This document shows positions 1 to 6,473 of a stretch of DNA of 7,622 bases, in pieces. The notes under the pieces are model-generated. The model searched no databases, was not told the DNA's origin, and saw only the letters and a list, made by a program, of their open reading frames with translations. The position numbers were made by a program, and so were the translations under genes. Every line of letters starts with the position of its first letter. Positions within the stretch are counted from its first letter, which is position 1. The stretch lies in sequence record NZ_OW969908.1. The stretch is one strand, 5' to 3'. This stretch comes from a plasmid.

Positions 1-314
1 TCACCCGTTTTTGTATCAACCAGTCCCGCGTCAATCATCAGTCCGGCAGCCAAGAACAGTTTGTGATTACGTTCCCTGCGGTTTTTCTGACCTGAAATCC
101 GTGCCTGAACCGCCTTTTTCTGCGCGGCATCCTGTTCCTGCAACTCGTTTTTTTCAGCGGTTGCCAGAACGTGGAGCAGTCGCCTGTCAGTCTCACTGAG
201 CGAAGCCTCATCATCCAGCAGGTCGATAATCTGCCGTTGCCGTGTTGTTTTCTCCCCCAGTTTTCTGATGAAGCCTATGCGCTTTTTAAGCCATTCGACG
301 TTACTGATCCGCAT
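1..314 (-). CDS. mobC: Mobilization protein MobC (relaxosome accessory protein), partial; 3' end lies beyond window start
   Basis: Minus-strand ATG at 314..312 preceded by GGGGAAG SD. Hand translation reads MRISNVEWLKKRIGFIRKLGEKTTRQRQIIDLLDDEASLSETDRRLLHVLATAEKNELQEQDAAQKKAVQARISGQKNRRERNHKLFLAAGLMIDAGLVDTKTG... with no stop before position 1. The C-terminal motif (ERNHKLF..AG..AGL) and the divergent arrangement opposite mobA across an oriT are typical of MOBQ MobC proteins. It is absent from the ORF track only because it runs off the window edge. Confidence 0.75.
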   Translation of the reverse strand, partial: MRISNVEWLKKRIGFIRKLGEKTTRQRQIIDLLDDEASLSETDRRLLHVLATAEKNELQEQDAAQKKAVQARISGQKNRRERNHKLFLAAGLMIDAGLVDTKTG

Positions 315-411
315 CGTTTAACTTCCCCATCCCGATATTTCCGATGGTGAAAGTATATAACTTGCGGTCAGAAGTCGCATGACTTATCTTTACTCATAAT
401 TCTTCAAATTA

Positions 412-452
412 GAGTAAAGCGCACTTATATGTTTCTCCCTGCGGGCAGAAAC
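412..452 (-). other. oriT: Origin of transfer (oriT), RSF1010/R1162-type nic region
   Basis: Minus strand reads GTTTCTGCCCGCAGGGAGAAAC-ATA-TAAGTGCG|CTTTACT. This is an imperfect inverted repeat (GTTTCT..AGAAAC arms) directly followed by the TAAGTGCGC core. It parallels R1162/RSF1010 oriT CCAGTTTCTCGAAGAGAAACCGG-TAAGTGCG|CCCT. The predicted nick is on the minus strand between the complements of plus positions 420 and 419. It sits between the divergent mobC and mobA genes. Confidence 0.65.
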
Positions 453-481
453 ACGTGCGTAAAACCAAGGGCAAAAACATC

Positions 482-1417
482 ATGGCAACCTATCATCTCA
501 GCGTGAAATTTGGCGGCAAGGGTAAAGCCCTTGCTCATGCCAATTACATCACGCGGGAAGATAAGTTCAGTCAGCGAAAAGATCTCGAACACACCGAGCA
601 CGGCAATATGCCGGAATGGGCGAAAGATGACCCCGCCCATTTCTGGCAGGCTGCGGATGCGTTCGAACGTGCCAACGGTTCAACGTACCGGGAAATCGAG
701 ATAGCACTACCCCGTGAACTGAACGAAGCGCAGCGGCTGGAGCTTGTCAGGGATTTTGTGAAGCAGGAAACGGGCGGTCAACATACGTATTCGTTTGCGA
801 TTCACAATCCGCAAGCCAGCATTGACGGCGGCGAACAGCCGCACGCCCATATCATGATGAGCCAGCGTGTTGATGACGGTATTAAGCGCAGCCCAGAGCA
901 GTATTTCAGGCGCTATAACGCCAAATTTCCGGCGCGTGGCGGCGCGCGCAAGGACTCAGGGCATAATTTAACCCCTACAGAACAAAAACAGGCACTGAAA
1001 GCCCTGCGGGAGCGCTGGGAGCGTACGCACAACGCGCATATGAAACGATATGGCTTTGAGCAGGGTTTTATTGATAGCCGGTCACTGAAAGCACAGGGTA
1101 TAGACCGGAAACCGGAACAGCATCTCGGTTTTGAAGCAGCCGGACGACTGGACGACAGCCAGAGGCAGGATATTAAAGACAGCCGGACGTTTTCAGTCGT
1201 GGATGTGCCTGAACAGGCGAAGCATATCGACCACAGCGACCGTAGCTGGATGAATGCCAGCGGTATCGAGGTAAACCGGAAGGAACTGGTCAGATCTCTG
1301 ACGCATGATATCTCGCAGCAGTACGGGCGGGAGATGGCTGCACGGGTCACAAAACAGGGAAATGTTGAAATAGAGCGCGTGAAATCCCTGTCACGCGGAT
1401 TTTCCATAAGCAGGTAA
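482..1417 (+). CDS. mobA: MOBQ-family relaxase MobA (relaxase domain only, no primase domain)
   Basis: MATYHLSVKFGGKGKALAHANYITREDKF...EHGNMPEW...HFWQAADAFERANG...EIEIALPREL...QPHAHIMMSQR...FRRYNAKFPARGG... aligns along its whole relaxase domain with RSF1010 MobA (MAIYHLTAKTG..., PHCHLMISER, FKRYNGKTPEKGG). The catalytic Tyr is in MATY (Tyr4) and the 3-His motif is HAHIMM. The ORF track starts at an in-frame GTG (455), but the ATG at 482 matches the homologous N-terminus. The gene ends at TAA 1415..1417. Confidence 0.9.
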   Translation: MATYHLSVKFGGKGKALAHANYITREDKFSQRKDLEHTEHGNMPEWAKDDPAHFWQAADAFERANGSTYREIEIALPRELNEAQRLELVRDFVKQETGGQHTYSFAIHNPQASIDGGEQPHAHIMMSQRVDDGIKRSPEQYFRRYNAKFPARGGARKDSGHNLTPTEQKQALKALRERWERTHNAHMKRYGFEQGFIDSRSLKAQGIDRKPEQHLGFEAAGRLDDSQRQDIKDSRTFSVVDVPEQAKHIDHSDRSWMNASGIEVNRKELVRSLTHDISQQYGREMAARVTKQGNVEIERVKSLSRGFSISR

Positions 1418-1419
1418 CT

Positions 1420-1950
1420 ATGGCGAGCACCGAAGAAAAACTTCTCACACTCCTGCTGTCGGCGGAGCATCTGAAAGAGGCCGCAAAAGAGCAGCAGAAA
1501 GCCGTGGCGGATTCGCTGGCGGTGGCAAGGGAAACCCTGAAAGGCTACCGGGAAATATCAGACAGTGTGGCACAGCAGGTACGGGATGAAGTCCGGCAGG
1601 AAGTGCAGAAAATGGATGTTGCGGGGCTGATTGGCGAGCGTATCAGCGCTGATTTTCAGCGTCTGGAAAAATCCGTCGGGAACATGAAAATCAATGCGGA
1701 CGCGCTGGACAAGGAAATTTCCATTATCCGCAGCAATATCATCGCGGAGTACAACACGCTGCGGGGTTACAGCTGGAAGTGGTTTGCAGGGGTTGCGGTT
1801 GCCTTTGTCGTACTGATATTTGCCACAAGCTGGTTTGTGAAAACGGAACTACAGGACAATTACAACGCGTCTGCTGCCGTCTATCAGAAAGTGGCAGACC
1901 TTGAAAAGCTGCTGACAACGGAACAGAAACCGGAAAAGAAAAAGAACTGA
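1420..1950 (+). CDS. mobB: MobB-like mobilization accessory protein (coiled-coil with single C-terminal transmembrane segment)
   Basis: Its ATG lies 3 nt after the mobA stop with an AGG immediately upstream, indicating translational coupling. The 176-aa product has a charged helical N-terminal part and one hydrophobic helix (WFAGVAVAFVVLIFATSWFV). This is the same overall architecture as the membrane-anchored MobB of RSF1010-type modules. Sequence similarity was not verifiable by eye. Confidence 0.55.
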   Translation: MASTEEKLLTLLLSAEHLKEAAKEQQKAVADSLAVARETLKGYREISDSVAQQVRDEVRQEVQKMDVAGLIGERISADFQRLEKSVGNMKINADALDKEISIIRSNIIAEYNTLRGYSWKWFAGVAVAFVVLIFATSWFVKTELQDNYNASAAVYQKVADLEKLLTTEQKPEKKKN

Positions 1951-2039
1951 CGCGCTGCGCTTGTCCAACGCCTCACGTTCGCACAATAAATTGCGCACCC
2001 GTTCACCGTTTTCAGCCGGGTTTGGGGCGTCTTTTGAGA

Positions 2040-2065
2040 CTTCCGGCCTGAATTCAGGCCGGAAG
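2040..2065. repeat. Perfect 26-bp palindrome cttccggcctgaattcaggccggaag (11-bp stem, 4-nt loop; contains EcoRI site)
   Basis: It is its own reverse complement. It lies 90 bp downstream of the mobB stop. It is followed by only a weak T-tract (TTCTC), so it is either a weak bidirectional terminator or a protein-binding site. Confidence 0.5.
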
Positions 2066-2198
2066 TTCTCGCCAGTCAGTCAGGTGCATGGTTATGCATG
2101 GGGCTGAAAATCACGGTATGCGATTCTGAGCGGTTTTCGGTGAGATGACGGGGGTTTTTATGGCTCAGGACGTAAAACCGCCCTGAGCGCGTTTCAGC

Positions 2199-2227
2199 GG
2201 TGCGCGTAATGAGTGCTTATGTTAAAT
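2199..2227 (+). other. XerC/XerD site-specific recombination core (cer/dif-like plasmid multimer-resolution site)
   Basis: The core reads GGTGCGCGTAA-TGAGTGC-TTATGTTAAAT. The right arm is identical to the XerD arm of E. coli dif (TTATGTTAAAT). The left arm is 10/11 to the dif XerC arm (GGTGCGCATAA) and matches psi at the variant position. The central region is 7 nt by my count; known sites have 6-8 nt. The roughly 250-bp non-coding stretch to the left (1951..2198) is where cer-type accessory sequences would lie. Confidence 0.6.
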
Positions 2228-2665
2228 CAGTTCTTTTTCCATCAGGTACTGTAGTGCAGCTAAAAGATAAGATGAGTTGAAGGTTATATCTTGATAGCTA
2301 GATGTACTCATACTTCCTGTCTTTTTATACTCTTCAAAGAAATTATTCACATACATGGGTTCTAGCCTGCGCGTATTCCCTTTCGAATTTATGACATAGA
2401 GTTTTCCGTTATCACTAAACATCGTGAACTCAGTTTTTCTGGCCTCAGTTATTAGTTTTTTTTCATTTTTAAATTCTTCAATGAGGACCTCATAGAACGG
2501 TTTTGAGGTGTTCAGGATGATCTCTTTTTTTTCATGTATGTTTTCTATGTTATTCAAATACATAGATATTGATTCTCGTATCAAGAATGAGCGTTTTTTA
2601 CCAGTTTTATCTACAGCATCATCTAGTCTTTTTAGTAACTCGTCTGGAAGTGATACAGCAATCAT
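2222..2665 (-). CDS. Ribbon-helix-helix (CopG/Arc/NikR-N-like) DNA-binding domain fused to an unrecognised ~100-aa C-terminal domain
   Basis: The 147-aa ORF begins MIAVSLPDELLKRLDDAVDKTGKKRSFLIRESISMYL. This is a canonical RHH beta-strand/helix/helix pattern (compare NikR N-terminus VTITLDDDLLETLDSL..RGYNNRSEAIRDILR). SD AGAGGGG lies 6 nt upstream of the ATG. The local GC of about 30% versus about 52% in the flanks implies foreign origin. No adjacent partner gene was found. Confidence 0.75.
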   Translation of the reverse strand: MIAVSLPDELLKRLDDAVDKTGKKRSFLIRESISMYLNNIENIHEKKEIILNTSKPFYEVLIEEFKNEKKLITEARKTEFTMFSDNGKLYVINSKGNTRRLEPMYVNNFFEEYKKTGSMSTSSYQDITFNSSYLLAALQYLMEKELI

Positions 2666-2704
2666 GAACAGCCCCTCTAAATTTATAATCTAATTAACTA
2701 ATCT

Positions 2705-2734
2705 AAATTTATATAAAAATAGAGCGGCCGTCAA
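2705..2734 (-). promoter_or_regulatory. Putative sigma70 promoter for the RHH-fusion gene
   Basis: On the minus strand, TTGACG (complement of 2729..2734) is followed by a 15-17 bp AT-rich spacer and then TATAAAT/TAAATT -10 candidates. The ATG follows about 35-40 nt downstream. Operator-like direct repeats (tctaaatttata x2; aatcta x2, 11-12 bp apart) lie between the promoter and the SD. Confidence 0.4.
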
Positions 2735-2799
2735 TAGTCGAGATTTCATTTTCTAATCAGTTGCATGTTCTGATTAGTTCGTAGGTACGTGCAATGCCG

Positions 2800-2804
2800 T
2801 GTTA
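2800..2804. repeat. 5-bp target-site duplication TGTTA (left copy)
   Basis: It is identical to 6469..6473 and immediately flanks the 38-bp IRs. 5 bp is the TSD length of Tn3-family elements. Confidence 0.8.
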
Positions 2805-2842
2805 GGGGTCGGTTCCGGCTGAGGGCGAAATGACACCCTAAG
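2805..2842 (+). repeat. Terminal inverted repeat IRL (38 bp)
   Basis: It has a perfect inverted match to 6431..6468. It contains the tnpR stop codon (TAG, complement of 2838..2840). Confidence 0.9.
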
Positions 2843-3443
2843 CGTTAGCTCTGTGTCGTTGCACGATGTCAGCGACGGTATTCTTGCTGATACCGAGCTC
2901 GCGTGCGATCCAGCGATAGCTGCGTCCCTCGGCCCTCATCGCAACCACCTTAGGCAAAAGTCGGTCTGATTTTGGTCGCACTCCGGCCTGACGACCAAGC
3001 CTCTTACCACGTGCCTTCGCAACAGCAAGGCCTGACTTGACCCGCTCGCTGATGAGATCCCGCTCAAACTCCGCAATGCCGGAAAGAAACGTCGCCAGCA
3101 TTCGTCCATACGGCGACGAAAGATCGAACGCCATTCCATTCATGGCTATCACGGAAACCTTCCAGTTCTCCAGTTCACGTAGCGTATTGAGCAGATCGAG
3201 CGTCGAGCGCCCCCACCGGGAAAGCTCAGTGACCAGGATTGCATCAATTTGTCTGGACTGGGCAAGCGCCAGGACTTTCTTTCGCTCGGCCCGGTCGAGT
3301 TTAGTTCCTGAACCTGTTTCCTTAAATATTCCCACCACGTCGTAGCCGGCACGGCCGGCGAAGGCTCGCAGATCAAATTCCTGGCGTTCACAAGACTGAT
3401 CCGCTGTTGAAACCCGGCAGTAAATGGCGGCACGATGTCCCAA
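2838..3443 (-). CDS. tnpR: Serine recombinase/resolvase TnpR
   Basis: The 201-aa product has N-terminal IYCRVSTADQS (catalytic Ser in the Y-x-R-V-S-T motif), the resolvase catalytic core (DAILVTELSRWGRS), and a C-terminal HTH (SYRWIARELGISKNTVADIVQR). It is divergent from tnpA across a res region. Confidence 0.9.
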   Translation of the reverse strand: MGHRAAIYCRVSTADQSCERQEFDLRAFAGRAGYDVVGIFKETGSGTKLDRAERKKVLALAQSRQIDAILVTELSRWGRSTLDLLNTLRELENWKVSVIAMNGMAFDLSSPYGRMLATFLSGIAEFERDLISERVKSGLAVAKARGKRLGRQAGVRPKSDRLLPKVVAMRAEGRSYRWIARELGISKNTVADIVQRHRANA

Positions 3444-3537
3444 TTGAACCCTCCTGGATTTTTGTATCGGAACGCCCTGATTTATATGGGCTGGCTGTTG
3501 TCCAAAACAGACTATACTTCAAAAGGGACGAATTTGT
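3444..3537. promoter_or_regulatory. res region (resolution site plus divergent tnpR/tnpA promoters)
   Basis: This is the 94-bp divergent intergenic region. It contains TGTC..GACA-like half-site pairs (TGTCCAAAACAGACT; TGTATGTCACGACG) and a CGGAACG motif reminiscent of Tn3/gamma-delta res subsites. Subsites may extend into the tnpR 5' end. Confidence 0.45.
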
Positions 3538-6435
3538 ATGTCACGACGCCATATTTTCACCGAACGGCAGCGAGCAGCGCTGTTCGATCTGCCCACGGAC
3601 GAACTGTCGCTACTGAAGTTCTACACGCTGGGCGATGATGACCTGGAAAACATTAGGCAGCGCCGCAGACCGGAAAACAGGATTGGCTTTGCCCTGCAAC
3701 TTTGTGCCTTACGATATCCGGGCCGTGCACTGGCTCCTGGTGAGATGATCCCGCGTGAAGTCCTTTCCTTCGTCGGTGCTCAGCTTGGAGTTCCGGCTGA
3801 TGCGCTTCTCACTTATGCCACACGGCGCCAAACCCGTCAGCAGCACATGGACACGCTGCGCGAAATTTACGGCTACAAGACCTTCACGGGCCGTGGTGCC
3901 CGTGATCTGCGGGAGTGGACTTTCGGCCAGGCCGAAGATGCCAGATCAAACGAGGATCTTGCTCATCGTTTTATTGTGCGGTGTCGGGAAACTTCCACCA
4001 TTCTGCCCGCAGTATCGACAATCGAGCGCTTGTGCGCGGATGCTCTGGTCGCCGCTGAGCGGCGGATTGAAACGCGGATTGCGGAAAATTTAACAGCGGA
4101 TGTTCGCGATCACCTGGACAAACTTCTGAGTGAAATGCTCGCCGGCAATATCAGTCGTTTCATCTGGCTTCGCAACTTCGAGGTTGGTAACAACTCGGCT
4201 GCTGCTAACCGTTTGCTCGACAGGCTCGAATTTCTGCGTACCCTGAATATCAATCATAGTGCTTTGGCCAGCATACCTGCCCATCGCATTGCCCGGCTGC
4301 GTCGGCAGGGTGAACGCTACTTCACCGACGGTTTGCGTGACATCACTTCGGACCGCCGCTGGGCGATCCTTGCCGTCTGTGTTGTGGAGTGGGAAGCGGC
4401 GATTGCTGATGCCATAGTCGAAACCCATGACAGGATCGTAGGAAAAACCTGGCGGGAAGCGAAGCGCCAGCATGACGAAACAATTTCCGGCTCTAAAGCC
4501 ACACTCACGGATACGATCCGTACCTTCACCGCGCTGGGAGCTTCGTTGCTTGAGGCCCGCAGTGACGGAACCCCGCTGGAGATGGCTGTCGCCAGTTCGG
4601 TTGCATGGGACCGGCTCGCTCAACTGGTAGCGACAGGGACTCAACTCAGCAACACGCTAGCCGATGAGCCTCTTGCATATGTCGGGCAGGGATACCATCG
4701 CTTTCGTCGTTATGCGCCCCGCATGTTGCGCTGTCTGAAGCTCGAAGCCGCGCCGGTCGCCGGACCATTGGTAGCAGCAGCTTTGTCGATCGGAGAGATG
4801 AAAGGTGTTGCATCGCCAGAAAGGCGTTTCCTGCGGCCCAGCTCCAAATGGAACCGTCATTTACGAGCTCAGGAAAAAGGAGATACCCGTCTTTGGGAAG
4901 TGGCGGTACTCTTTCACCTCCGGGATGCTTTTCGTTCCGGAGATGTCTGGCTCGCTCATTCGCGCCGCTATGGTGACCTCAAGCAGGTACTGGTGCCGAT
5001 GATCGCGGCGCAGGAAAATGCAAAACTGGCCGTGCCTTCCAACCCACAGGATTGGCTGGCAGACAGAAAGGCGCGACTCACGATCGCTCTTAAGCGGCTG
5101 GCCCGGGCTGCCCGTAACGGCACTATTCCGCACGGTAGCATAGAAGATGGAACGTTGCGGATCGACAGGTTGACAGCAGACGTGCCGGATGGTGCCGAGG
5201 CACTCATACTGGATCTGTATCGCCGAATGCCGTCCGTTCGGATTACCGACATGCTGCTTGAAGTTGATGCAGCCCTTGGTTTCACAGATGCGTTTACCCA
5301 TCTGAGAACCGGGGCTCCATGTCGCGACCGGATCGGTCTGCTCAACGTCCTGCTCGCTGAAGGGCTCAATCTGGGCCTGCGTAAGATGGCGGAAGCTACA
5401 AACACGCATGATTACTGGCAGCTCTCACGCCTTGCCCGCTGGCATGTTGAAAGCGAAGCCATGAACCAGGCATTGGCAATTGTGGTGGCCGCGCAGGGTA
5501 AACTGCCGATGTCACGCGTCTGGGGGATGGGCACGTCAGCATCGAGCGATGGTCAGTTTTTCCCGACAGCGCGGCATGGCGAAGCCATGAACATGGTCAA
5601 TGCCAAATATGGTTCTGTTCCCGGCCTCAAAGCGTATACTCACGTAAGCGACCAGTTCGCGCCATTCGCTTGTCAGTCGATCCCGGCGACCGTGAGCGAG
5701 GCACCGTATATTCTCGATGGACTACTGATGAACGAGGTCGGTCGCCATGTTCGCGAACAGTATGCCGATACAGCAGGATTCACCGACCATTTGTTCGGAG
5801 CCAGTAGCCTGCTCGGCTACAATCTCGTTCTGCGAATCAGGGATCTGCCATCGAAGCGGTTGTACGTATTTAATCCCGATACGACCCCCAGGGAGTTACG
5901 CAAGTTGGTAGGTGGAAAAGCCCGGGAGGATCTTATCGTTGCGAACTGGCCTGATATTTTCCGTTGTGCCGCGACGATGACCGCTGGCAAAATCAGGCCC
6001 AGCCAACTCCTGCGCAAGCTCGCTTCTTACCCACGACAAAACAACCTTGCAGTTGCGCTTCGTGAAGTTGGTCGTATTGAACGGACCCTTTTCATTATTG
6101 AGTGGATCCTGGATACGGACATGCAGCGGCGTGCTCAGATCGGTCTTAACAAGGGAGAGGCCCACCATGCGCTCAAAAATGCGCTCCGTATCGGGAGGCA
6201 GGGGGAAATTCGCGATCGCACGACAGAGGGGCAGCACTACCGAATCGCTGGGCTCAATTTATTGACTGCGGTGATCATTTACTGGAATACCGTCCATCTT
6301 GGTCATGCCGTCACGGAGCGGCGGAACGAAGGGTTGGATGTTCCCCCTGAATTTCTTCCCCACATATCCCCATTGGGCTGGGCGCACATTCTACTGACTG
6401 GCGAATATCTTTGGCCCAAGGAACCGAAAGCTTAG
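3538..6435 (+). CDS. tnpA: Tn3-family DDE transposase TnpA
   Basis: The 965-aa ORF has SD AAGGGA 9 nt upstream. Its N-terminal region matches Tn3 TnpA (e.g. ...NRIGFALQLCALRYPG... vs ...NRLGIALQIGCVRFLG...). Its catalytic region (...SDGQFFPTARHGEAMNMVNAKYG...YTHVSDQFAPF..., ...DTAGFTDHLFG...LLGYNL...) also aligns with Tn3 TnpA (...ADGMRFVTPVRT...YNFVSDQYSGF..., ...DTAGASDLVFG...LLGY). The stop TAG (6433..6435) lies inside IRR. Confidence 0.93.
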   Translation: MSRRHIFTERQRAALFDLPTDELSLLKFYTLGDDDLENIRQRRRPENRIGFALQLCALRYPGRALAPGEMIPREVLSFVGAQLGVPADALLTYATRRQTRQQHMDTLREIYGYKTFTGRGARDLREWTFGQAEDARSNEDLAHRFIVRCRETSTILPAVSTIERLCADALVAAERRIETRIAENLTADVRDHLDKLLSEMLAGNISRFIWLRNFEVGNNSAAANRLLDRLEFLRTLNINHSALASIPAHRIARLRRQGERYFTDGLRDITSDRRWAILAVCVVEWEAAIADAIVETHDRIVGKTWREAKRQHDETISGSKATLTDTIRTFTALGASLLEARSDGTPLEMAVASSVAWDRLAQLVATGTQLSNTLADEPLAYVGQGYHRFRRYAPRMLRCLKLEAAPVAGPLVAAALSIGEMKGVASPERRFLRPSSKWNRHLRAQEKGDTRLWEVAVLFHLRDAFRSGDVWLAHSRRYGDLKQVLVPMIAAQENAKLAVPSNPQDWLADRKARLTIALKRLARAARNGTIPHGSIEDGTLRIDRLTADVPDGAEALILDLYRRMPSVRITDMLLEVDAALGFTDAFTHLRTGAPCRDRIGLLNVLLAEGLNLGLRKMAEATNTHDYWQLSRLARWHVESEAMNQALAIVVAAQGKLPMSRVWGMGTSASSDGQFFPTARHGEAMNMVNAKYGSVPGLKAYTHVSDQFAPFACQSIPATVSEAPYILDGLLMNEVGRHVREQYADTAGFTDHLFGASSLLGYNLVLRIRDLPSKRLYVFNPDTTPRELRKLVGGKAREDLIVANWPDIFRCAATMTAGKIRPSQLLRKLASYPRQNNLAVALREVGRIERTLFIIEWILDTDMQRRAQIGLNKGEAHHALKNALRIGRQGEIRDRTTEGQHYRIAGLNLLTAVIIYWNTVHLGHAVTERRNEGLDVPPEFLPHISPLGWAHILLTGEYLWPKEPKA

Positions 6436-6468
6436 GGTGTCATTTCGCCCTCAGCCGGAACCGACCCC
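6431..6468 (-). repeat. Terminal inverted repeat IRR (38 bp)
   Basis: cttagggtgtcatttcgccctcagccggaaccgacccc is the exact reverse complement of IRL. Confidence 0.9.
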
Positions 6469-6473
6469 TGTTA
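6469..6473. repeat. 5-bp target-site duplication TGTTA (right copy)
   Basis: It is identical to 2800..2804. Confidence 0.8.

Larger units (their letters stand above)
2805..6468. mobile_element. Compact Tn3-family transposon (tnpR-res-tnpA only, 3,664 bp) with perfect 38-bp IRs and intact TSD
   Basis: IRL 2805..2842 ggggtcggttccggctgagggcgaaatgacaccctaag is the exact reverse complement of IRR 6431..6468. It has a GGGG start and TAAG end like Tn3. The divergent resolvase and DDE transposase genes are Tn3-subgroup organisation. Flanking TGTTA direct repeats are present. GC is about 58%, distinct from the flanks. Confidence 0.88.

Noticed and set aside
11-199. 62-aa plus-strand ORF at the window start
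   Set aside because: It is antisense to the mobC coding sequence, which has clear MobC-like translation on the minus strand.
455-481. GTG start at 455 giving a 9-aa N-terminal extension (MRKTKGKNI) on MobA
   Set aside because: Homology to RSF1010 MobA begins exactly at the ATG at 482 (MATYHL vs MAIYHL). The extension would place residues in front of the catalytic-Tyr N-terminus, which is normally at the extreme N-terminus.
510-704. 64-aa +2-frame ORF embedded in mobA (considered because RSF1010 mobB and ColE1 mbeB/mbeD are embedded genes)
   Set aside because: The product is highly basic and low-complexity with no SD. A separate, properly coupled mobB-like gene exists downstream, so an embedded accessory gene is not needed.
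913-1470. 185-aa ORF on the minus strand antisense to mobA
   Set aside because: It lies entirely inside the well-supported mobA CDS on the opposite strand. It is Cys/Arg/Ser-rich with low-complexity composition typical of antisense frames, and it has no RBS.
2222-2665. Assignment of the RHH protein as NikR (RHH + C-terminal metal-binding domain)
   Set aside because: The C-terminal domain has a single His and lacks the His/Cys cluster of NikR's nickel site. Only the N-terminal RHH resembles NikR.
2936-3433. ORFs overlapping tnpR on both strands (2936..3139-, 3037..3345+, 3149..3433-)
   Set aside because: They are alternative frames or antisense of the resolvase gene, with no independent support.
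4090-5409. Several 145-184-aa minus-strand ORFs (4090..4644, 4861..5409, 4968..5405) and short plus-frame ORFs inside tnpA
   Set aside because: They are all nested within the strongly supported 965-aa transposase gene in a 58% GC region where long spurious antisense ORFs are expected. They have Arg/Ser/Ala-rich compositions and no RBS.
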